Shown here one piece after another: positions 10,264 to 19,593 of a stretch of 64,000 nt of DNA. Positions within the stretch are counted from its first letter, which is position 1. Every line of letters starts with the position of its first letter. The notes under the pieces were generated by a model, which did no database searches, was not told the DNA's origin, and was given only the letters and a program-made list of their open reading frames with translations. The translations under genes and the position numbers were made by a program. Source of the DNA: Candidatus Heimdallarchaeota archaeon (GTDB lineage Archaea; Asgardarchaeota; Heimdallarchaeia; Heimdallarchaeales; Heimdallarchaeaceae); the NCBI GenBank assembly GCA_016840095.1, contig JAEOSZ010000095.1:1-64000 (forward strand), given 5' to 3'.

Positions 10264-12894
10264 TCACTGTTCCTTAAGATAATAGTCTGGAGAAGTTACA
10301 AATCTGCTATCATCATCTGCATCTCCAACTTCAATATCTGTAATAATCTCATCCATAATCTCTTCATCACTTATATCTGCAAGAATCTTACGTTTATCAA
10401 CAGAGATAATTCTACTCAATTCAATAGTTTTAGGCTTGAATTTCTCCATGGTTTCTTCCATTTGAATAAGATTCTTAATTTTCCCAATGAGATTCATAAA
10501 GGTCATTACAATATCTGGTCTAAGAGCAACTTGAGGGGCTATACTTAGTTGTTTACCAATAGAAATTGCCAAATTATCAATGAAATTCTGATCTTTTTCA
10601 AATAATGAAGCTGGATATTCACTAATAAATGAAGCAATTAGAAGTAGATCAATTGAAGTCCAAAGATAAAGGAATGGTTTTTCTGTTAACTGTAAATTGT
10701 AAACAACTCCTATCTCAGTTCCTTTAACATTTTCAACTACTTTCCCTTCTAAATCAAATACATCATTTAATTCAAAAGATGGTGATCCATAACTTACTTG
10801 AATCATATTTCCTATTTGTCTAACATTGCCCATTGAAAATAAGAGGAATCTAGAATTTTCAACTTTTTCAGGAAGGAATCCAGTATTTTTCTCTATAAGA
10901 ATTCTTTTCAACATATCAATATCGTCTATTTCATCTTCAGTTCTTGAATACTCCTCTGCAAAATCCTCTAGTACTTTTTTCTTCTTCTCTGAAAGAGATA
11001 ATTTTGTTCTTGAAATAAGTGGTTGGTTGTGAACATCATGAAGGAAATCATAAATTATACCAAAAAATTCACTTGAAGCTTTTTTCTTCTCTACAACAAG
11101 GAAGTAGCCCTTCATTGGATGGTAAATAACAGAGTGGGCTCTTCCTAAAGGCTTACCAAAAACATTTCTAGCAGCTATATTCTCCTCTTCTGTAATTCTA
11201 TCATTTATCAAATTACTTTCAGCTGGATTGAAATATGGAAGAACATCTCCATTTTGGATGATATCTTGGCTCTTAATTCTTATTTCTCTTGCAGTTTTAT
11301 CCAGTTTTTCCAAAGATACAAAAAGGTAATTGTGAGGTTGGAGTATAATTTCTATAATTTCTTCAGTTAGTGGTATATCTTTAATTTTGCAATATTCAAC
11401 GATTGCTTCAGGAATCAGATATGTGAAAGGTAATTGTGGAATATTTCTCGGAAGTTCATTGAGTAAGAATTCTTTCTTTTCTCTTTCATTACTTAATTCA
11501 GGTTCTTTACTTATTGGTAAAACAATGTTATCATAGATTCTTCTGACCATAGAAAGAGATAATTCTTGTTGTTGTCGAATTATAATTCCAAACTTTTCAT
11601 TTAATTGTCCGGGTCCTACGACAAAACCCACCAAATCTTTTTGTTCATCTACAACAGGTTTTCCGGAATATCTCCAAAGAGCTTTCAGTTCTGATAATAG
11701 TTGATAATCTATCTCTCGACTTGCAGCACTAGTTGCAACAGTTAGTTGATTTCTGAATTGAAGAGCACTGATTATTTCACTATATTTTTGAATGCGATTT
11801 TCTGTATCAAGTGTTAGATCCTTGAAATAAGGTGTTATAATCTCTTGAAATTGGAGATGTTCTCCATAGATAACATCCAACGCATCAAGATCTTTGGCAT
11901 AATCATTAATATCTTCATCTAAGAGTTCTTCATAGATTTCGAGTTGTTTGATTTTTCTAGCTAACTCATCACTTTGAATAGAGGGAATTCTTCCTTCATT
12001 GTTCTCCATAAATATTCTGAACTTTTCCCTTTCCTGTTGAATAATTACTTTCCATTTTAAGGTATCTTGAGCTGCTTTTCTAAGGATTGGTCTGTGTCTT
12101 AGCACTCTTTCGTTTATATCATAGATTATACCTTTCAATTCCTTTTTATCAGTAACAAGTCTTCTCAATCTGTTGATATTTTCACTCAATTCGTTGTTAA
12201 ATAAGAGAAAATTATTGTGAGTGTTTTTATATAAATGATCTTGGCTGACAGAAAATAGCAGCTCTGATAATTTGTAAAAGTGCTGAAAGATTTTATGCTG
12301 TTTGGCTTCAACTTCATTCTTCTTTCCCATGTATTCTTGATCATCGATTTTGCTGGACATATAATCTTGTTCGAGATCCATTTCTTCTTCGAAAGTCTTA
12401 GTTGCTGCTTTAATAGCCATATTCATTACATAACGAATCTTTAATTCTTCTATTTCAATAGGAGGAATTTCTTCTAACTCAATTATAGGCAGTTCTATTT
12501 CCTCAGATATTTCAGGTTTAGGAGGAAGAACAACTACTTCTTTAGCTTCTTCTTTTACCTCTTCTTTTACCTCTTCTTTAATTTCCTCTACTTCTTTTTC
12601 TACCATAATAGGAGATGTATCAGACTCCAATTCAATAGGAGTAGTTAACTCTCCTTTTTGAATCTGATGAAAATCTAGTTCAACTTCAGGTAATTTCTGT
12701 TTTGTTTCTTCCAGTTCTTTTTCTTCAATCTCAGCATCAATAGTTTTAGGAAGATTAGCTAGAAGCTCTTTATACTTATTTTTCAAAGTTTGATAGGTTC
12801 TTCTATCAATTGAACCTCGTATGTAACGTAAATCTAAATCTCGAATAAAACGGAGAATTCGTCTTCGTTTAACGCTTACCTCATCGTCTAACAT
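10264..12894 (-). CDS. Large coiled-coil protein with CdvA/SHOCT-like helical motifs and three PRC-barrel-like repeats
   Basis: LDLRYIRGSIDRRTY and LEQDYMSSKIDDQEY motifs; long coiled coil; YSGKPVVDEQKDLVGFV, AARNVFGKPLGRA, LEGKVVENVKGTEIGVV. Confidence 0.55.
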   Translation of the reverse strand: MLDDEVSVKRRRILRFIRDLDLRYIRGSIDRRTYQTLKNKYKELLANLPKTIDAEIEEKELEETKQKLPEVELDFHQIQKGELTTPIELESDTSPIMVEKEVEEIKEEVKEEVKEEAKEVVVLPPKPEISEEIELPIIELEEIPPIEIEELKIRYVMNMAIKAATKTFEEEMDLEQDYMSSKIDDQEYMGKKNEVEAKQHKIFQHFYKLSELLFSVSQDHLYKNTHNNFLLFNNELSENINRLRRLVTDKKELKGIIYDINERVLRHRPILRKAAQDTLKWKVIIQQEREKFRIFMENNEGRIPSIQSDELARKIKQLEIYEELLDEDINDYAKDLDALDVIYGEHLQFQEIITPYFKDLTLDTENRIQKYSEIISALQFRNQLTVATSAASREIDYQLLSELKALWRYSGKPVVDEQKDLVGFVVGPGQLNEKFGIIIRQQQELSLSMVRRIYDNIVLPISKEPELSNEREKKEFLLNELPRNIPQLPFTYLIPEAIVEYCKIKDIPLTEEIIEIILQPHNYLFVSLEKLDKTAREIRIKSQDIIQNGDVLPYFNPAESNLINDRITEEENIAARNVFGKPLGRAHSVIYHPMKGYFLVVEKKKASSEFFGIIYDFLHDVHNQPLISRTKLSLSEKKKKVLEDFAEEYSRTEDEIDDIDMLKRILIEKNTGFLPEKVENSRFLLFSMGNVRQIGNMIQVSYGSPSFELNDVFDLEGKVVENVKGTEIGVVYNLQLTEKPFLYLWTSIDLLLIASFISEYPASLFEKDQNFIDNLAISIGKQLSIAPQVALRPDIVMTFMNLIGKIKNLIQMEETMEKFKPKTIELSRIISVDKRKILADISDEEIMDEIITDIEVGDADDDSRFVTSPDYYLKEQ

Positions 12895-13047
12895 TATTAA
12901 TAGAAAATAATATGGTACCTATTCAAATATGTTCCTAAATTGCCCATTTTAAAAAATATATAAGGTACTAGAAAAATGGGATATTACCCAAAGAAAAACG
13001 TTTAATAGATTATTGGGGAAAATACATTAAGAAATGGTGAAATTATC

Positions 13048-13407
13048 ATGAGTTTTCAAGACGATGTTGCAGTAGCAGCTCAAGAAGGTACCGTTGGAGT
13101 AGTATGGTTGATTGGGGATGATTTGAAATGTTATTATCAATATGGCGATTGGGCTGTAGACCCTACTATACCGTTTAATGCATGGAAAAATCAGACTCAA
13201 AATGTTGACTTTGGTGGGGGATTAAAATTTACAGTTATTACAATGACACCAGAAAGATTGTGCACTACAAATCTGGGTGGTCAAGGACATATAATGGTTG
13301 CTCGTTGTCCACACTGGGCAGGATGTGTTATTACTTGGTCTCCATCTACAGTAGAGAATAGAATTGCTTATGCGACTGCAGCTAAACTTGCTGCTAAAGT
13401 AGCCTGA
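13048..13407 (+). CDS. Asgard-type profilin
   Basis: 119 aa. Q.GDW, GLKFTVITMTPERLCTTNLGGQGHIMVARCP resembles the Asgard profilin pattern G.KY.I...T.ER...TN..G.GH.....P. GGTGA Shine-Dalgarno upstream. Confidence 0.8.
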   Translation: MSFQDDVAVAAQEGTVGVVWLIGDDLKCYYQYGDWAVDPTIPFNAWKNQTQNVDFGGGLKFTVITMTPERLCTTNLGGQGHIMVARCPHWAGCVITWSPSTVENRIAYATAAKLAAKVA

Positions 13408-13428
13408 TCTAGATTTTTTGGTGTTTTT

Positions 13429-13731
13429 TTGATTTCACATCCCTCTATTGAAATTAGGAACGATGAAATCTTTTTATCAATTAGAGCTCACCCAAACTCG
13501 TCAACCAACAAGATAGAAGTTACAGAATTTTCAATAGATATTTATGTAAAAGAATCTGCAAACAAAGGGAAGGCAAACAAATCTATTCTAGCACTAATAT
13601 CTAAAACTTATAAGATTCCATCTACTTCACTCTCAATTTCTCGAGGATTAAAATCAAGAAATAAAATTATAGTTTTAAAGAATCAAGAAAAAGATTTGTT
13701 TTTAGAGAAAGTATTTGGTAAGGACATTTAG
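13429..13731 (+). CDS. DUF167/YggU family protein
   Basis: HPNS...I, V.E.ANKGKAN, GLKSRNK. Confidence 0.85.
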   Translation: MISHPSIEIRNDEIFLSIRAHPNSSTNKIEVTEFSIDIYVKESANKGKANKSILALISKTYKIPSTSLSISRGLKSRNKIIVLKNQEKDLFLEKVFGKDI

Positions 13732-14294
13732 AGTTTCATTTTTTCAAATGCTCTAATAAGTTCATTTCTTTCGATAAATCTATTATGAACGCTACTACTC
13801 AAATTCATTAAAGTTGCTATACTTGTTTCTACAGTATCTAGCATCATTTCTTCCAGCTTTACTTTAACATCTAGTATTTTATCCTTAAGTTCCTCAGCAT
13901 TATCAAGTATGTCTATTTCTAGTAGGTAAAGAATTGAAAGATCAATTCCATGTTCTCCTTCTACGTCCTTTACATCAAAAAATGTACTGTATTTATAATC
14001 CGTCTTTGAAGCTTCTTTTCTCATATCTGAGATGGTTTTCATAACAATTCCTGCTGGACCCCAGCTTGTTAACAGTTGTGAATGAATTAGAAGTTCATGA
14101 ACTTGGCTCATCATATCGCCTGTGTTCCTCATTATGGTAAGTAATCTTGTTCTGAATGCAATATCAGAATCTCTTCTATGCTCTAAATCTTTGTACCCAT
14201 GGTAGTTTTCAATGTTAGAATTAAGAATTTTGAGTGCCTCACTAGGTCTTTTTGAAACTTCTTTTTCAGTCATATCCTTTTTCTTACCAAACAT
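13728..14294 (-). CDS. Conserved helical hypothetical protein
   Basis: I..Y.GY...E.RR.SD..FR N-terminal pattern, Y..FFD, helical bundle. Confidence 0.6.
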   Translation of the reverse strand: MFGKKKDMTEKEVSKRPSEALKILNSNIENYHGYKDLEHRRDSDIAFRTRLLTIMRNTGDMMSQVHELLIHSQLLTSWGPAGIVMKTISDMRKEASKTDYKYSTFFDVKDVEGEHGIDLSILYLLEIDILDNAEELKDKILDVKVKLEEMMLDTVETSIATLMNLSSSVHNRFIERNELIRAFEKMKL

Positions 14295-14316
14295 ATGCTT
14301 TCACAATTAAATTATT

Positions 14317-16089
14317 TTATTGATTTAAATAGATTGTGCGTATTTCGTCGTTTGTAGTAGCTTGCTCAGGTGCTTTATCGTCAACTATTTTACCTGTAAA
14401 TCTTGGAAATCGCAGTGCTAATCCTTCTAAATCACTTTCCATTAAGCCTCTTGAACAAGTATGTAGTTGACTCCTGGTAATTTCATCTCCAGTTACTTCA
14501 ATAACTATCTTAGGATTAAACCAAATACTGCTCTCAATATCGCTTTGAAACTCTTTTGGTTTATCTCTCTCGAAAGGTTTGAGTTCCTTAAAGAAGAAAT
14601 CAAGATCTTCATCTGAAAATCCTGTACCTATTTTAGTAAAGGTTTGATATACACCTTCAATCTCATCATAACAACCTAAGAGAAAAGCACCATATTTTCC
14701 GGCTCTTTTTCCCTTACCATATTCTGCCCCCATAATAACTAAATCAAAGGAATCAGAAAGTTGGGCATCATATCCAGCTTTGTACTTTACCCAATTCCAA
14801 CCTCTTGCACCAGCTTGATAAACAGAATCTTTTCCAACACTTTTACCCATTATCCCCTCACAACTGTCTTTAATTGCTTGATGAAAGAAATCATCAATTT
14901 CATCTGCGTTTTCTGCAATTGTTTGATGTGAAAATTTTATTTCCTTAGATTCTTCGATTATTTCTTTTAGATTTTCTCTTCTTTCAAGATAAGGAGAATC
15001 TAATTTGGATTTGGAGTCACTATATAGAACATCAAAAAGATAAACCCTAACGGGGACTTCAGCTATCTTCTGATCAATATCATGCTTTCTTTTTCTTTGA
15101 GATACATGTTGAAAAGGTAATATGGATTCTTTATCATGATCAAAAGCAACAATTTCTCCTTCAATAATAAATTCGTCATCTAACGAAGAATCATTGATAA
15201 ACTCAATCACATCAGGAAATTGATTAGTTATGTTTTCGGTACTTCTAGAGAATAATTTTACATCCTTATTCTTCTTATGGATTTGAACTCTTAACCCATC
15301 ATACTTGTACTCTAGGGCGCATGTTCCTTTAAATCTTTCAAGTAATTCTTCTGAACTAGAAACCCTTTGAGCAAGCATAACCTTAATTGGACTAAACAAT
15401 TTTACTTCAACTTGCTTAACTGCTTCAAGACCTTTAGCAAATAAGGTGGTTGAAACATATTCAATATCTGAGCATCTATTATAAGCTCTTTCCAGAAACT
15501 CTTTATTTTCTCTGTTACCAGTTTTAGCTTTTGATAGTGCTTCAAGTAATAACTGTGCAGCTACACCTGTTCGCAAGTTTCCAGCTATTAGTCTAGAAAT
15601 ATATCTTGCTTCCAAAGATGTTACCTTTGATAGTAATCCAGACAGGAATCTTATTTTCTTATCTGATGAACCTTCTCCAGTGGTTTTAGCTATATTATCA
15701 AGTATTCCCCAAATTTCTTGAACTTCATACTGCTCTATTTCTTGTTGATTCGTAAAAGCAAGCAAAGTTGACTGTGTTTTATTTTCTAAAAGCTTATGTG
15801 CAGCCTTTCCTAAGTCTCCTGTCTCATCTAATAAGTTTTGAACAGATTTTTCACTTTTACCTGTTGCTAATGCTAAAGCCTTGGTAGCCATTTTCTCAGC
15901 TAACATTAGTTCAATTCCTACAAAATCAGGGTACAGTTTACCAAGAGTTAAAAGGGAGATTTTTCCTATTTCCTTTTCATTTGCCTTTGCTAGAGTTTCA
16001 GCTAAGATGTCAACCATTTCTAGCTTCTTCTGAGTATTCTCTAATCTAAAATAGCACTGACACAAATCCTTAAACTTCACCTTAATCAA
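14317..16089 (-). CDS. lig: ATP-dependent DNA ligase (archaeal/eukaryotic type I-like)
   Basis: EYKYDGLRVQIH, EGEIV, FDVLY, EGIMGK, WVKYK, DLVIMGA..GKGKR, LRFPRF. Confidence 0.97.
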   Translation of the reverse strand: MIKVKFKDLCQCYFRLENTQKKLEMVDILAETLAKANEKEIGKISLLTLGKLYPDFVGIELMLAEKMATKALALATGKSEKSVQNLLDETGDLGKAAHKLLENKTQSTLLAFTNQQEIEQYEVQEIWGILDNIAKTTGEGSSDKKIRFLSGLLSKVTSLEARYISRLIAGNLRTGVAAQLLLEALSKAKTGNRENKEFLERAYNRCSDIEYVSTTLFAKGLEAVKQVEVKLFSPIKVMLAQRVSSSEELLERFKGTCALEYKYDGLRVQIHKKNKDVKLFSRSTENITNQFPDVIEFINDSSLDDEFIIEGEIVAFDHDKESILPFQHVSQRKRKHDIDQKIAEVPVRVYLFDVLYSDSKSKLDSPYLERRENLKEIIEESKEIKFSHQTIAENADEIDDFFHQAIKDSCEGIMGKSVGKDSVYQAGARGWNWVKYKAGYDAQLSDSFDLVIMGAEYGKGKRAGKYGAFLLGCYDEIEGVYQTFTKIGTGFSDEDLDFFFKELKPFERDKPKEFQSDIESSIWFNPKIVIEVTGDEITRSQLHTCSRGLMESDLEGLALRFPRFTGKIVDDKAPEQATTNDEIRTIYLNQ

Positions 16090-16095
16090 ACCTTA

Positions 16096-17502
16096 TTATC
16101 TTTTCTTACCTCGTTGTTCCTTCATTTCAAGAACTATTTCACTTATAAGATGAATGAGATTTGCACTTAACACATCGAGACTATTTTTAAGCTCTCGCAC
16201 TGCTTGAGTTAGACTCTCTATTTGCTGTGATTGAATAGCTGGTTGAGCCACTGGTTGAACATCAGGTTCTACCTGTAATTCCTGGTCAAAAAGCATGATA
16301 TCCTTTTCAAATTGATCCATTTCTGGAGTTCTAGGTTCAGGTATTGATGTTATATCACCTTTAACGGCACCCTTTACAGATTCTTTACGTTTTTGTTTCT
16401 TCTTCTTATCTCGGTCTTCTTTCTCACGAATTCTTTCTAAATATGGCAGTATTTGTGCATAATCAATTCCTTCTCTTCTGGCCATATCAGTCAGAAGGAT
16501 ATCTCTATATCCAGGGTCTTCAATTTTAAGTTCATCAATATCTTTTTCTAATTCTTGAATAATAGCAATTGATTCATAGACATTTTTTACAGGAGCTTTA
16601 ATCTCTTCTTCCTTTTCAACACTCTTAGTTGCTCTGACTTCGTCTTTAAGAGTCTTCATGGCTTTCATAACTTCTGCTTTTACTGTATCAGTTTCACCTT
16701 TGTTCAAAGCTTCCTTAACCATATCAATTTTACTTACAGATTCGAAAGGTTCTTCTCTAGCTTGTTCTTTTACTTGAATTGTTTCTTCTATCTCTTCATC
16801 CAACTCTTCTTCTTGCTTAGTAAACATCGGAGGTGCAGCTATATGCTGAAACAGACTCTTAGCAAATTTAGCATTATCTCGCAAATCTATACCTGACTTT
16901 GAATCAGACAACATTGAGTAAGAACCACAAGCAAAAACTGTTCCTAGACCATACGAGGTTATCCCCATGATTGCTGAACTTGGGGGATCACTAGTGCTCT
17001 TAGTTCTTGCTAGCTCTTCTACTCCTTCTTGAAGATGTAGAGAACAGCTTGAAACAATTGTTAATTCTTTAATACTTTTGGTAATTGGGTGGTCGTAAAA
17101 TTTTGATACAATTACATTGCTTTCCAATTCTAAATCAAAGTTTTGATAATCAAAGATTTGATTTGCTAAAATCTCTATATTGAAATGTTTGAGTAGAGTA
17201 TTCAAATTTGTGTTTAATCCTTTATCTCCACCTGCATTAGTAAAAATTGCTAATGATCCTCCCTCATCAACAAATCTTAGCAAGGACTTAACCTCATGCC
17301 CCATAATCTTTGATCCATCTGGGCATAAGAATACAAATATATCATACTTTGATATGTTAGTGTATTTTATTGGATAGGAGTCATGTTTGCTAATTTCATG
17401 ACCTTCTTCTTCAAGAATACTTGCTAGTTTCTGAAAATTCTCAAAAATCTTTCCTCTCTCTTTTTGAGTTTCATCGAATAATATCTTCATATGTTCACCC
17501 AA
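16096..17502 (-). CDS. IFT52/GIFT (GldG-like, DUF4350) domain protein with acidic coiled-coil C-terminus
   Basis: KILFDETQKE, FVFLCP..K....EVKSLLRFVDEGGSL....AGGD....TNLN.LL..F.I, HPITK, G.G.VFACGS. No signal peptide. Confidence 0.7.
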   Translation of the reverse strand: MGEHMKILFDETQKERGKIFENFQKLASILEEEGHEISKHDSYPIKYTNISKYDIFVFLCPDGSKIMGHEVKSLLRFVDEGGSLAIFTNAGGDKGLNTNLNTLLKHFNIEILANQIFDYQNFDLELESNVIVSKFYDHPITKSIKELTIVSSCSLHLQEGVEELARTKSTSDPPSSAIMGITSYGLGTVFACGSYSMLSDSKSGIDLRDNAKFAKSLFQHIAAPPMFTKQEEELDEEIEETIQVKEQAREEPFESVSKIDMVKEALNKGETDTVKAEVMKAMKTLKDEVRATKSVEKEEEIKAPVKNVYESIAIIQELEKDIDELKIEDPGYRDILLTDMARREGIDYAQILPYLERIREKEDRDKKKKQKRKESVKGAVKGDITSIPEPRTPEMDQFEKDIMLFDQELQVEPDVQPVAQPAIQSQQIESLTQAVRELKNSLDVLSANLIHLISEIVLEMKEQRGKKR

Positions 17503-17682
17503 TTTGTGTATGTATTAGTCAATATTTTATTAAATTAAACTATAATTAACTATAATTAATATAAATAAAAGGTTGCTGTTGTTATTTCTAAGCTAAAAAA
17601 CCTTCTTTTTCTGTGAAATTTTCCATCTTATGCAGTAAAGAATAAAAAGACTTGAAGCAGATATTATTTATCCGGTGATTAA

Positions 17683-18537
17683 TTGTCTAGTATAGATTTT
17701 GGAAAATTACAAGAAATGGCTTCTGCTAGATTAGATATAATAATACTTCATTCTCAAAAAGGTGGTCCTGGTAAGACAACTCTATCCTGCAACATTGCAC
17801 ATGAATTAGCTAAGAGAGGAAATAAAACCGTTTTAATTGATTTGGATATAGCACAACCTACAATTCAACATATTTTCAGAATACCTGATAAGAAGATTAA
17901 GCATACTATAAATGACGTTCTTATGGGCAAGAAAAAGGTTAGTGAAGAAGTACTTCTTGAGACAAATAATCAAAACCTACAACTAATTGTTGCAAAAGAG
18001 AATGTTGAATATGGTGAAGGATTGCTTTCACTTCTTGAAGATATTCAACAATATTCTTTCTTCGCCCTTCACGAAATGACTAAGTTTTTGCAGAGGATGG
18101 GGTACAGATATGTTGTATATGATTTAGCTCCAGGTTACAGAATGGAATCAGTTAATGCTGCAGCTATAGCAGATGCTCGAATCTTCGTAATTAGACCATC
18201 AACATTCAGCTTTGAAGGAGCGAAGCAAATGCTGAGAGATATTTACAAGAAACTAGAAATAAGATCTCTTAGTTTTTTTGTGTTTAACCAGCTACCTCCT
18301 AAGTTAAAAGCAGAAAATCAAAAATTGCTTGAAGATTGGAAAGAAGATTTGATAAACCTCTACAAACCTGATAAAATTACCTTTCTTGATTTCTTACCAA
18401 TATCCTTTGATGTAATGGAACAAGGTATTAGAGGAGAGTATATCTTTCCTGATGACTCAGTTCTTTACGAAAAACTAACTCAGATAGTAGATAAAGTAAT
18501 TCAAGATATTGATGAAATGAAGAAAAGCAAAGAATAA
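17683..18537 (+). CDS. MinD/ParA-family P-loop ATPase
   Basis: Deviant Walker A SQKGGPGKTT, LIDLD, YDLAPG, NQ motif. Confidence 0.9.
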   Translation: MSSIDFGKLQEMASARLDIIILHSQKGGPGKTTLSCNIAHELAKRGNKTVLIDLDIAQPTIQHIFRIPDKKIKHTINDVLMGKKKVSEEVLLETNNQNLQLIVAKENVEYGEGLLSLLEDIQQYSFFALHEMTKFLQRMGYRYVVYDLAPGYRMESVNAAAIADARIFVIRPSTFSFEGAKQMLRDIYKKLEIRSLSFFVFNQLPPKLKAENQKLLEDWKEDLINLYKPDKITFLDFLPISFDVMEQGIRGEYIFPDDSVLYEKLTQIVDKVIQDIDEMKKSKE

Positions 18538-18609
18538 ACCTAGCTTTTTCCTCAATTTTCATGAAAATTATATGAAATTTTATATTAGCTATGGTAAACT
18601 GTAGTACTA

Positions 18610-19593
18610 ATGAGCCTAGTTAAGAAATTTCAATGTCCTCATTGTAATGCTCCAATGGATGTGAATCCAGAGGATGCAATTTTCAATTGTGTTTCTTGCG
18701 GTCAAGCATATTTAGCTGATGGTTCTAAATTTGATAATCATTACATCTTAAGAAATACGCTTAATCAGAAGAAAATACATGATATTGTAAAGGAGTTTAT
18801 TAGGAAAAAAGGATTCATGAGGGGGATTAAAGGTTATAAGATTACTAACATTATCCCAACTTTGATGCCTTTTTGGGTTGTAACTTCTGATGCGTATACT
18901 CATTTTGTGGGTTACCTCAGATACACTGAAACAAGAACTAGAACAGTAGGAACTGGAAAAAATAGACGAACAGTAACAGAACATGTTACGGTATACCGAC
19001 CAATAGATAGAGAAATAAAAGAAAAGAGAGCAGATGTCTTACTTGGTAGGAGGGGAAGTTCAATTTTCGGTTATGATCGTGTAAAAGATATTGTAAGAGC
19101 AGAATTTACAAATGCTGTAGAATTTAATCATGACCAACTACAAGCAGATGAGAAAGAATTCATTTATCTTTCATCAGAAATCACAATAGATGCAGCAAAT
19201 CAGTTAGGCAAAACTTTGGTCTTTGATACTCATAGAGCTCAAGCTGAAAAAGCTTGTACAAAAGTGTTTGATTGTGCTACTCAACTAACTTTTGAAGGGA
19301 CTTACTTTGTACATGCTCCAGTCTGGCAAATCGAATATGAATTCAAAGGAGAAACTTACAGAATGGCAATTCTAGGAAGTAGTGGCAGAATAATAATTGG
19401 AGAGATTCCTGTTACAACAAGTTTCAGAATTATGTTCTTGTCATTAACTATATTACTTCTAGGAGGAGCTGGTGTAGCAAGCTACTTCTTTAGAGATTTA
19501 GTATATGTTCCAATAATTGCTGGAATAGTTGCAGCTGTGATAGGATTCTTCACGCTTAAGAATACCTTCAAACCAAAATCGGTGGTGGACTAA
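18610..19593 (+). CDS. Zn-ribbon protein with two C-terminal TM helices (YdjG-like)
   Basis: CPHC..CVSC; PFW; HAPVW..EY...GE.Y...I.G.SG....GE.P; TM hairpin. Confidence 0.7.
   Translation: MSLVKKFQCPHCNAPMDVNPEDAIFNCVSCGQAYLADGSKFDNHYILRNTLNQKKIHDIVKEFIRKKGFMRGIKGYKITNIIPTLMPFWVVTSDAYTHFVGYLRYTETRTRTVGTGKNRRTVTEHVTVYRPIDREIKEKRADVLLGRRGSSIFGYDRVKDIVRAEFTNAVEFNHDQLQADEKEFIYLSSEITIDAANQLGKTLVFDTHRAQAEKACTKVFDCATQLTFEGTYFVHAPVWQIEYEFKGETYRMAILGSSGRIIIGEIPVTTSFRIMFLSLTILLLGGAGVASYFFRDLVYVPIIAGIVAAVIGFFTLKNTFKPKSVVD

Noticed and set aside
12545-12582. 12-nt tandem repeat
   Set aside because: In-frame low-complexity EEVK repeat inside a coding linker; not CRISPR.
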